Source: Atractiella rhizophila (lineage: Eukaryota). Taken from it: a stretch of DNA of 20,000 bases. Each line of letters opens with the position of its first letter. The first letter of the stretch is position 1. The stretch lies in the NCBI GenBank assembly GCA_021432655.1, contig MU271446.1:44397-64396 (forward strand), given 5' to 3'. Shown here piece after piece: positions 10,803-20,000 of this stretch. The notes under the pieces are model-generated. The model saw nothing but the letters and a program-made list of their open reading frames with translations, ran no database searches and had not been told where the DNA came from. Made by a program: the position numbers and the translations under genes.

Positions 10803-11819
10803 CTACTCCCGCATCTGGGAGATCGAATACATCTCGACAGAAACTGTAGAAACCCCCACATGGGCTGGAGGGGGTGTTTGAGGGACCGGATAAAGAACAG
10901 GTAGCGGGTGAGGGGGAGGCGATGGTAGTGGTAGAACGAAGGTGTTCCGCTGCCATCGTCTGCGGTAGAACAAAAAAGCGAGGGCGATGGCTCCGATGGC
11001 GCAAGGAATGGCGATGAGACTTCCTTTAGTGATCCAAGTCAATCCAGAGGGACCAGGGTAATCGGAAAGGAGGGAGGACCCTGTTGTAGTATCGAAGGTG
11101 GTGGTGGTCCTCTGGATGAGGGTAGTAGAGAGTTTTGTTGTGGTAGGAGAGATTCCAGCCTGACCTGAAGGAATCATGCCGCCCGTTGTGATGGTGGTGA
11201 AGCCGGAAGCGGCGGTGAAGGTGGTATCCGAGGTAGTTGTTGTCGTTTCTGAAGCGTTCAGCGCCTCCTTGAGTTGTTCCTCTGTATATTGCGTGCACTT
11301 GTCATCACTAGCCTCCCCACTGACACAAGCCAGTTTGGGGTCAAGCCCAGCTTGGAACACGGCCTCGTAGCCTCCACATACCCCATCCGACCCTTTACAT
11401 TTGCTTCTTAAAATCCATTTCAATCTCAGAAAAGAGGACGCACCACAATGGATCTTGCCCTGGCAGGTGCCTTCCGCCAAAGGAGAGCAGTTCCCCCCGA
11501 TGTTCCCGACACATTTACCCCCGAAACAACTGCCCCCATCGCAGTTGCTATCAGAAAAACAGGGACTTCCTAATCCCATAAAGCTGGTCAGAGAGCAGTA
11601 AAGCAGATGGAACAACTGACCAAAGAAGCAGAATGCCTGTGATGTGTCGTGCGGATTTAGGTTGCAAAGGTTGGCATCTGGATAAGAGCCTTGTGGCGTG
11701 TTGTACTGCTGCTGGCAGCTGAGCCCTTGACCGTCGCAAGGAAAATTACCGATTGGCGTAAAGCCACTGCAAACTTCTTGAAAGAAGAGGAAGAGAGAGA
11801 AAATAGGTGTGATTCTCAT
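10803..11819 (-). CDS. Cys-rich type I membrane protein (~304 aa): signal peptide, Cys/Gly-rich ectodomain, Thr/Ser stalk, one TM helix, Pro-rich tail
   Basis: ATG at 11819 gives the signal peptide MRITPIFSLFLFFQEVCSG. Two 51-nt introns lie at 11620-11570 (GTCAGT..TAG) and 11443-11393 (GTGCGT..AAG). TM segment LIAIPCAIGAIALAFLFY is followed by the positive-inside RRR. Confidence 0.85.
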   Translation of the reverse strand: MRITPIFSLFLFFQEVCSGFTPIGNFPCDGQGLSCQQQYNTPQGSYPDANLCNLNPHDTSQAFCFFGQLFHLLYCSLTSFMGLGSPCFSDSNCDGGSCFGGKCVGNIGGNCSPLAEGTCQGKIHCGASSFLRLKWILRSKCKGSDGVCGGYEAVFQAGLDPKLACVSGEASDDKCTQYTEEQLKEALNASETTTTTSDTTFTAASGFTTITTGGMIPSGQAGISPTTTKLSTTLIQRTTTTFDTTTGSSLLSDYPGPSGLTWITKGSLIAIPCAIGAIALAFLFYRRRWQRNTFVLPLPSPPPHPLPVLYPVPQTPPPAHVGVSTVSVEMYSISQMRE

Positions 11820-12103
11820 GATGATGGTTGCAAATGAAAGGTGCGAGTCACCTTTAAATATTCCCTGTGTTAATTGTTGCGGCTGTGAGATCGGGTAAGC
11901 CATTGAGTTGAACTTGCCCGCTGGATGCTCCCTTGCAAACGGCCAACAAGTAAAGCGGGTTCGCTCGGTGCCAACTCGTCGGGGAAAACCTGAAGAGAAG
12001 ATCATTGTATGGCGTGTGCGCGATGAGGATAGGAGACCAAATTGGGCGATTTAACGCGAAAACACCCGTTTCCCGCCAGCATTTGATCACGTCCATGTGG
12101 AAT

Positions 12104-12132
12104 ATTTTATGAGGGACCATTTTATGAGGGAC
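12104..12132. repeat. Tandem duplication of ATTTTATGAGGGAC (15-nt period, 2 copies)
   Basis: attttatgagggac c attttatgagggac read directly from the sequence. Confidence 0.8.
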
Positions 12133-13102
12133 TGATGTTGTCTTTCCCACAGATGCAGAGCGGATATGTCTGAAAGGGGAGGTGACAAATGCCTTTATGG
12201 AGTCTCCCCTTTTACTCGATCTTACTCAATTGAATCTTTCGCTGTTTGTCTTCGCTCTCTCGTGCCGGCTGACCAATTCTTAGCATCCAGATATCCTGGA
12301 AAACGAGATTTGGCGGGTTGGGAGCCTTGATCCAAAATTGTTGCCTTTTCGTTTTCATTTGACTGTTATCCTGACTCTTATCGTAGCTTAGGAGTTGATT
12401 GCCCTTTCATGTCCAACATGAGGAGGAGCTTCAATTTATATGCTCGACTTCATGATCAGCTCCATCGAGCCTCAGGTCACATGGGTATGCTCTCATTTAC
12501 TGTACTAGAGTCCATCGCACTCGAAGATGGAGATCTCAGCTGGAGACATGTCCGTCTTCAGTAGATGATTTGGAGGTCGCCATAATCTTGCAGTCACGTT
12601 AACAGCGGAGGATGTTTTGAATAGGTTGACGTTCCCAACGCGAACCCAGAGCTCCAAGAGCCACAATTTTTACATACGTGACGTTCTCATCACCATGTGG
12701 ACATTCGGCTGGACTTGTCATAGTCTCTTTTGCTTCTCCTTGCCAATTTACTAGACTACCTTCCTTTGTCGTTCGCATTTGCTTCGGCCGGTCCGGAGAA
12801 GTTCAGACCTATTATGTGATGTTCTCGATCCAACCCATCAGTCTAGTAGCGCTCTATGTGGTCCATATCGGTCGACTGGAATGCTGAAAAGTAAATGAGT
12901 GAATAGCTGTTCGGACCCTGAGCGATTGGGTCCGCTCCTCCCCATTCAGTTCCCCCAGTTGGAGCCGTTGCCCATCGTTATCTTCCCTTCTGGTGGTGAA
13001 AATACACAGCAACGGCGAATTCGATGTCATATTTAGTTTTTTGGTCGGGAGAGCAAGTCTGGTCCCATATTAGTGTTGGCATAAGCTGTCTTGATTTCTA
13101 GG

Positions 13103-13330
13103 AAGTATAGAGAGTGGGATGATTGGGTTGCCTTATAAGCTTCACCTTCGTGAGAGCAAGTAACAACGCCATATGCATATGACGATGCCTCATGATGGAG
13201 AAATCAACGAATTTGGGACTTGCTGGTAACCCCGGCACAAGGACGAAGAATGAGTCGCGAACCATGTGAAGTGCAGTATGGGGAGTACGGAGGAGTGCGG
13301 TATCCAGGAGAAGAGAAGGGGATATTGTAC
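13103..13330 (+). pseudogene. Degenerate exon of an unidentified gene fused in frame to the BRF1 fragment
   Basis: After an acceptor-like TTTCTAG the frame reads KYREWDDWVAL*ASPS*EQVTTPYAYDDAS*WRNQRIWDLLVTP...EEKGILY. It has three stops and shows no likeness to Brf1 cyclin folds. Confidence 0.35.
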
Positions 13331-13941
13331 GTTGACGATCTGGACGATGAGGAGCTTGATGCGTTCATACTCGATGAAGAGGAATCCGAGGCGAAGGCGA
13401 GGGTGTGGATGGAGTTCAATCGGGATTATCTCGAGAAGTTAGCCGGTGTGTCTTGCTTTCCCGATCTCAGAATGAAGCTAATGCTGGGAAATGGGAAGAG
13501 AAACAGCGAGAAGAAGAAGAGGGCATCAATAAACCGAAGAGGAAACGAAAACCTGTCCGTTCCTTCTTCTGATTCACAGATGGTTCTGACAATTGCCCAT
13601 TGTAGCGCAAGAAAAAGCTCAAACCTGGCGATCCGGCTGCCGCTGGAACTCAACAAACTACAGCAGCCGAAGCAGCGACAGAAATGATGCGCAAAAAGTT
13701 CTCTCGAAAGATTAATTATGCAGCCATCGAAGGGATGCTCGATTCCAACAATGTAATCGCCGCGATCGAGAGGCAAAAGAAAGGGTCGACTGCTCCCCTG
13801 CCATCAGCTGCCGGAGAGGAGGAAGAGGAAGTCAATTATCAAGAACATGGTGCAATGCCAGTTGAGGAGGAAGCTATGGAAGCAGACGCAGGCGGTTGGG
13901 AGGAGGGTGTAGAGGAAGAGGGATTCGATGAATACGAGTAG
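13250..13941 (+). pseudogene. BRF1: 5'-truncated BRF1 (TFIIIB subunit), C-terminal TBP-binding region only, copy 1
   Basis: DDLDDEELDAFILDEEESEAKARVWMEFNRDYLEKL and AAEAATEMMRKKFSRKINYAAI match Brf1 homology blocks II/III. Introns 13446-13498 and 13555-13605 are retained. Homology starts near 13332, with no zinc ribbon or cyclin repeats upstream. An in-frame ATG at 13250 would give ~195 aa. Confidence 0.85.
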
Positions 13942-14209
13942 CAGTTGGAGGGGAGAGATCAATTCGTTTCGCCTTTCGAATCCTGCTGCCAGGTAACTAG
14001 TCTTTTATCGTCCTTAAATTCTTTCTTTGTTCCTTCGTATCAATCATACATTTGTATCTCGGCATACATCCTGAACGTTCTGTTTGAGCCATGTAGAGTA
14101 CAAATTCAATGCAGAAATTGCGAATCCTTGTAACTTGAACACACAAGCTATTCACTGCCAGATCGATATTGTCTTGTTGTTGTACCAATTGGTGCCTAGG
14201 TCAGTGATC

Positions 14210-15136
14210 TCACTGCAAGTTGACGAATAAGCCTCCATCTGGTTCGGGTAAGCATCCGCGAACTCGCGAAGAAAAAAGGACATGTACCGACAAGAAGTTG
14301 AGCACCAGTCTAATCATCCCTTCAGCACGAAGTAATTGAGCAGTAAATAATGAATACGCACGACATAACCGCTCAAATCGCTAGCGAGAAACACAGCAGG
14401 ACCAACGATGTCCTCTGGTTGGCCCAACCTTCCGAGTGGGATCCTACCTTCCATGTACTCTCTCTTCTTACTATCCTTCAAATCCTCCTCGTTGAGCTGA
14501 GTTCTACAAAGCTTATTGTTGATAAAACACCCAGCCTGGGGAATGATCAAGTACAAACCGGATAGTGCCTGGCAAAATGGCATTACACCTGATCCCATTT
14601 CCGCCTAACGCGCAAGCTGTGCTCTGCATCAAGCTAAGAATTCCCGCTTTAGTCGGCGTGTAATGTGTCTGCCCTGCTCCGCCCACGAGAGCCGAAATTG
14701 ACGAAATTCCAATAATGCTCCCTCCTTTCCCTTGCAAAGCCATTTGTTTCGCTGCAGCTTGCACAGCATAAAATGCTCCGTCAAGGTTCACACGAACTGT
14801 TTTCGAGTATAACTCGGCTGGCAAGTCGAGAAATTCGTGGAATGTACAGATCCCTGCATTGGAGACCATGACATCCAACCCACCGAACTTTTCCACCGCC
14901 TTCTCGACAAGGGTGATTGAGGTGACTGGTTCCGAAATGTCTCCAGGAACTGCGAGAAGGGAAGGTATTTGGGACTGTAAGGAAGACAAAGCTTCCTCCG
15001 ACGAGGGGATTGGAAGATAGTTGACACAGACATTTGCGCCATGCTGGGAGAATCCAATCGCCAGCGCTCGACCGATGCCTGTGAGACCACCTGTGATGAT
15101 TGCAGTTTTTCCAAGGAGTAGTTGAGGGATTGCCAT
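14210..15136 (-). CDS. LRA1: L-rhamnose 1-dehydrogenase (SDR family), 256 aa, copy 1
   Basis: TGGLTGIG, NAGICTFHEFL, HYTPTKAG (YxxxK) and the C-terminus LVDGGLFVNLQ* are typical of fungal LRA1/RHA1. Exons 15136-14559, 14503-14362, 14309-14288, 14238-14210 total 771 nt. Confidence 0.9.
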
Positions 15137-15256
15137 AGTTGCCCTCAAATCGATTAATCTGCGTGGAGATGAATCAGTCAGTGGACCAATTTTTGCAGAA
15201 ATAGGAGGCGACGTAAAGATGAGAGACGATATGAAAGCAGGCCTACCGTGTCCAAT

Positions 15257-16256
15257 CTAATAAATTCCAAGAGATGCAAGCTTTGGAGGATCGCTAAAGA
15301 GGAGCAATAGGTGTAAGCTGGTTGTGCTTGGGTGTGCAGCGGGCCGGAGCGCCGTCAAGCGTTGAAGGTGCCATCTGTAATGTGAGAAGAAATTTGTAGG
15401 AATAATCAGTCAAAACTGCCGGACAAAAGATCAAGGGTCAGGCACTGGAAAGAGTCCTGCGGCTAGCGCGGTGGTTGATTGGTGGTCCAAGAGTACAGAC
15501 GGTGCGGAATAGGTACTAGATAGGTTGAGGTAGAAATGGAAGTTTGGTTGAGTGCTTTCGACGTGCTTTGCGCGGTGACCAAAACGTGGCGGAAAGGGGC
15601 CGCTTGCTTCGAGCTTGAATTATAGTGAAAAGGCTTCGCATCCACCCTTCACCTTTTCCGCTCCTGACATGCCTGACAGGCACACGCTCAATAGAATTGC
15701 AGTCAACGTGTTTAAAAACACTGTAATACGCACTAACAGTGCCGAATAACCATTTGCCAATATGTTGCTTTGATTGAAACCAAGGTCCAGGAAAATCAGA
15801 TAATACCATAACTGGACGGAGCCTTTTCTCTCACTCTCTGCCTCCTTCATTTCGTCGAACATTAGGTTGATGTTGTAGTATTCGCTGAACCAGTTCCGGC
15901 TTCTTTCCACGCGTTGGAAGCCCGAAATCCTTCCCAGTGGTTCATGTCAAATTCATCGGTGGAAACTTATTATAAAGACTGACCATTGAGGCGGTCCTGC
16001 GATTTGAGATCGTATACTTGTTCCTGTTATTCAACTCTTTTTCCAATGCTCCCCAGGCCATATCCTCACCCTTACCCTCTTCCCCATGCCAAGTCCAATA
16101 AATGCCGCTATCATCCTTATCACCTCCAGGCACATCGTCATTTTGCCTTTTCTTCTTCTTTTCTAGCTCAACACCGCTCATTGTGTGTCCAGATTTCAGA
16201 TCATCTAAAGGAGTTGTTGTTGTTAGGTTATCTGGGAAAGTGGTGCGAGTAGGCAT
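15257..16256 (-). pseudogene. Degenerate SAP-domain gene
   Basis: Removing a 54-nt intron (15983-15930, GTCAGT..AAG) gives YTISNRRTASMDFGLPTRGKKPELVQRILQH, a SAP motif. A probable frameshift near 15865 follows, then a frame with stops at 15622, 15433 and 15412. Both ends are approximate. Confidence 0.55.
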
Positions 16257-16457
16257 GAGAACCTGGGACCTGCGATTTGGAGGGAGACTGCAGTCTGTGC
16301 AGACACATCAACCACGTTGCAACTGGTGGGGCAACGAGAGAACTCAACTTTTCCTGACGCTCAGTTCGTCTCTGGGTTGTGGTGTCTTAGCCAGTCATGA
16401 CTCAGAATCATGTCAACTGTCCCCAACTCTGCCACAGCGAATTGCCAAACTTCGTGA

Positions 16458-16844
16458 TGTCAGGCTTGCCCCTACGCATTACCGAAATGCACCATTTGAA
16501 GTCACGTGACCTATTTTACTGCATCATAGGATCACGTGCCTACCCGTCGCCGCTTTGCTCACATTCGTGCTGACCGCCGCCTTCCCCCATCTCACACGAA
16601 TCGCCGCTCAGCAAACCTTACACATTTCGCCGGTCTGCACCGTCTCCATTATTGCCTTATTATCCTTTCTCACTTGTACTGCTCAGTATGTCTTATTTTC
16701 AAGTATTCCCTTTATTGCTTTCCTGATCTAGCTATCTTACATGTTTCAAGAAACGTATGTTACAGTTTATGGCAGTGCCTATATATACATCGAAATGTAG
16801 TAGTGGTGACCTCAGAGTATTCGATTAGGTTTACCTCCACTACA
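16458..16844. mobile_element. Possible solo/partial LTR
   Basis: TGTCA...CTACA ends, an internal GTCACGTGAC palindrome, a CCTATATATAC TATA-like box and adjacency to the Gypsy relic. No target-site duplication, PBS or PPT was found. Confidence 0.3.
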
Positions 16845-16879
16845 GACGCATCGACCATCGGCAACCGCACATAGCGTTT

Positions 16880-17580
16880 GACACGTGATGGGTGGCGATC
16901 GAAATGGGTAAATAAGTGACATGGAACCCCGCTGATTAAGGGATCCGTCGATATTGTAAACGGGCACTGGGGAAGGGTATTCAGAAACGAGTTTTGGAGA
17001 AATAAAGGAAGTGGTTGCCCCGCTGTCGATGAGCGCCAATGTGGCGTGTCAGCAATGGGAATGTGGGTGATGGAAAGCGGTTCTGAGTTTCGTTTTTGAA
17101 CTGACTAGGGATGCAGTTGTCGAACATAAGTGGACTTTGTTGCACATTTTTGTGACATCTGCGCATCTTTGTCTCCAAGATGGAAAAAGCAATTTGGAAA
17201 TGGGGAGTCATGTTCGGAAGAAGGGAAATCTGCGCAAAGCGGCGCTTTGTTGGAGGTGATTTTAGGTGATGAAAATGAATTGTAAGTCGGTGACAGGGAC
17301 ACTCCTTTCTCCTGTCACCGTCTCAAGAATCCTCATCCAGATCCAATGATTGAGCGACGCTCGTTTTCGGCGACCGGTTGGCGATTTGGGCAGATTGTCG
17401 TTCTTGTTCTACGAGACGAGTGTCGATATATTTTCCTTGTGCATGAAGGTATTGCTCTTTGCTCATGGACCTCTTGCATTCCTTCTCTCTGTGTCTGATT
17501 TTTTGGCATCTTTGACAACGGGCGATCTGAATTTCATCTCATCTACCTCCATATCGTCGGAGTCTTTAGCTTCATGAAGT
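16880..17580 (-). mobile_element. Ty3/Gypsy LTR-retrotransposon relic (gag C-terminus and aspartic protease)
   Basis: MEVD (17552-17541), CCHC knuckle CQRCQKIRHREKEC (17517-17476), then ALIDSGATTSFIS (DSG at 17027-17019) and PVYNIDGSLN. The order is gag then protease, with frameshifts and no RT or integrase. Confidence 0.85.
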
Positions 17581-17971
17581 TGCGAAGCGGCGATTGGTGT
17601 TATTTGGTCAAAATTTATGACCCCACTACGAGACCGCTAACTAAAAGAAGTGGGTTTTTCTAGGGCCTGACCCTTGATCTTTTGTCCGGCAGTTTTGACT
17701 GATTATTCCTACAAATTTCTTCTCACATTACAGATGGCACCTTCAACGCTTGACGGCGCTCCGGCCCGCTGCACACCCAAGCACAACCAGCTTACACCTA
17801 TTGCTCCTCTTTAGCGATCCTCCAAAGCTTGCATCTCTTGGAATTTATTAGATTGGACACGGTAGGCCTGCTTTCATATCGTCTCTCATCTTTACGTCGC
17901 CTCCTATTCCTGCAAAAATTGGTCCACTGACTGATTCATCTCCACGCAGATTAATCGATTTGAGGGCAACT

Positions 17972-18898
17972 ATGGCAATCCCTCAACTACTCCTTGGAAA
18001 AACTGCAATCATCACAGGTGGTCTCACAGGCATCGGTCGAGCGCTGGCGATTGGATTCTCCCAGCATGGCGCAAATGTCTGTGTCAACTATCTTCCAATC
18101 CCCTCGTCGGAGGAAGCTTTGTCTTCCTTACAGTCCCAAATACCTTCCCTTCTCGCAGTTCCTGGAGACATTTCGGAACCAGTCACCTCAATCACCCTTG
18201 TCGAGAAGGCGGTGGAAAAGTTCGGTGGGTTGGATGTCATGGTCTCCAATGCAGGGATCTGTACATTCCACGAATTTCTCGACTTGCCAGCCGAGTTATA
18301 CTCGAAAACAGTTCGTGTGAACCTTGACGGAGCATTTTATGCTGTGCAAGCTGCAGCGAAACAAATGGCTTTGCAAGGGAAAGGAGGGAGCATTATTGGA
18401 ATTTCGTCAATTTCGGCTCTCGTGGGCGGAGCAGGGCAGACACATTACACGCCGACTAAAGCGGGAATTCTTAGCTTGATGCAGAGCACAGCTTGCGCGT
18501 TAGGCGGAAATGGGATCAGGTGTAATGCCATTTTGCCAGGCACTATCCGGTTTGTACTTGATCATTCCCCAGGCTGGGTGTTTTATCAACAATAAGCTTT
18601 GTAGAACTCAGCTCAACGAGGAGGATTTGAAGGATAGTAAGAAGAGAGAGTACATGGAAGGTAGGATCCCACTCGGAAGGTTGGGCCAACCAGAGGACAT
18701 CGTTGGTCCTGCTGTGTTTCTCGCTAGCGATTTGAGCGGTTATGTCGTGCGTATTCATTATTTACTGCTCAATTACTTCGTGCTGAAGGGATGATTAGAC
18801 TGGTGCTCAACTTCTTGTCGGTACATGTCCTTTTTTCTTCGCGAGTTCGCGGATGCTTACCCGAACCAGATGGAGGCTTATTCGTCAACTTGCAGTGA
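17972..18898 (+). CDS. LRA1: L-rhamnose 1-dehydrogenase (SDR family), 256 aa, copy 2
   Basis: Exons 17972-18549, 18605-18746, 18799-18820, 18870-18898. Same motifs and translation as copy 1. Confidence 0.9.
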
Positions 18899-19166
18899 GA
18901 TCACTGACCTAGGCACCAATTGGTACAACAACAAGACAATATCGATCTGGCAGTGAATAGCTTGTGTGTTCAAGTTACAAGGATTCGCAATTTCTGCATT
19001 GAATTTGTACTCTACATGGCTCAAACAGAACGTTCAGGATGTATGCCGAGATACAAATGTATGATTGATACGAAGGAACAAAGAAAGAATTTAAGGACGA
19101 TAAAAGACTAGTTACCTGGCAGCAGGATTCGAAAGGCGAAACGAATTGATCTCTCCCCTCCAACTG

Positions 19167-19858
19167 CTACTCGTATTCATCGAATCCCTCTTCCTCTACA
19201 CCCTCCTCCCAACCGCCTGCGTCTGCTTCCATAGCTTCCTCCTCAACTGGCATTGCACCATGTTCTTGATAATTGACTTCCTCTTCCTCCTCTCCGGCAG
19301 CTGATGGCAGGGGAGCAGTCGACCCTTTCTTTTGCCTCTCGATCGCGGCGATTACATTGTTGGAATCGAGCATCCCTTCGATGGCTGCATAATTAATCTT
19401 TCGAGAGAACTTTTTGCGCATCATTTCTGTCGCTGCTTCGGCTGCTGTAGTTTGTTGAGTTCCAGCGGCAGCCGGATCGCCAGGTTTGAGCTTTTTCTTG
19501 CGCTACAATGGGCAACTGTCAGAACCATCTGTGAATCAGAAGAAGGAACGGACAGGTTTTCGTTTCCTCTTCGGTTTATTGATGCCCTCTTCTTCTTCTC
19601 GCTGTTTCTCTTCCCATTTCCCAGCATTAGCTTCATTCTGAGATCGGGAAAGCAAGACACACCGGCTAACTTCTCGAGATAATCCCGATTGAACTCCATC
19701 CACACCCTCGCCTTCGCCTCGGATTCCTCTTCATCGAGTATGAACGCATCAAGCTCCTCATCGTCCAGATCGTCAACGTACAATATCCCCTTCTCTTCTC
19801 CTGGATACCGCACTCCTCCGTACTCCCCATAATGCACTTCACATGGTTCGCGACTCAT
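19167..19858 (-). pseudogene. BRF1: 5'-truncated BRF1 C-terminal fragment, copy 2
   Basis: Mirror of 13250-13941. It differs by Q/H in the non-Brf1 leader (19832) and one intronic base (19516). Confidence 0.85.
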
Positions 19859-20000
19859 TCTTCGTCCTTGTGCCGGGGTTACCAGCAAGTCCCAAATTCG
19901 TTGATTTCTCCATCATGAGGCATCGTCATATGCATATGGCGTTGTTACTTGCTCTCACGAAGGTGAAGCTTATAAGGCAACCCAATCATCCCACTCTCTA

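Larger units (their letters stand above)
13108..15443. repeat. Left arm of a large inverted duplication (at least 2336 bp)
   Basis: Position p pairs with 33108-p, and the ORF translations are mirrored. The inner boundary is 15443/17665. The outer boundary is not visible because the partner arm reaches the window end. Confidence 0.98.
17665..20000. repeat. Right arm of the large inverted duplication (runs off the window)
   Basis: Reverse complement of 13108-15443. The last bases of the window still match 13108-13127. Confidence 0.98.

Noticed and set aside
11820..12005. N-terminal 62-aa extension of the 400-aa ORF
   Set aside because: The ATG at 11819 gives a canonical signal peptide; the extension is probably 5' UTR or promoter that is open by chance.
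13108..20000. The arms as terminal inverted repeats of a DNA transposon
   Set aside because: The arms consist of host genes, the spacer has no transposase, and the outer ends and any target-site duplication are outside the window.
1..20000. tRNA, rRNA, CRISPR arrays or telomeric repeats
   Set aside because: None were seen by eye; tRNAscan-SE or Infernal would be needed to exclude small RNA genes.

Overview
Intron-rich fungal DNA, most likely a basidiomycete and possibly Pucciniomycotina (inferred from intron style and gene families). The left part holds an intact 12-exon Zn2Cys6 transcription factor (1069-5051). Next is a tail-to-tail pair with only 56 nt between the stop codons. One gene is an intact ~235-aa hypothetical protein (5982-6736, +). 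The other is a Pol-beta-fold nucleotidyltransferase (6793-7505, -) broken by two 1-nt deletions in short homopolymer runs. The pair resembles a bacterial nucleotidyltransferase toxin-antitoxin module and is the best candidate for an undescribed system. A Cys-rich single-pass membrane protein lies at 10803-11819 (-). The right third is a large, nearly perfect inverted duplication (13108-15443 and 17665-20000, running off the window). Each arm carries a complete L-rhamnose 1-dehydrogenase gene and a 5'-truncated BRF1 fragment. The 2221-bp spacer holds a SAP-domain pseudogene and a Ty3/Gypsy gag-protease relic. All family assignments come from motif recognition by eye; no searches were run.
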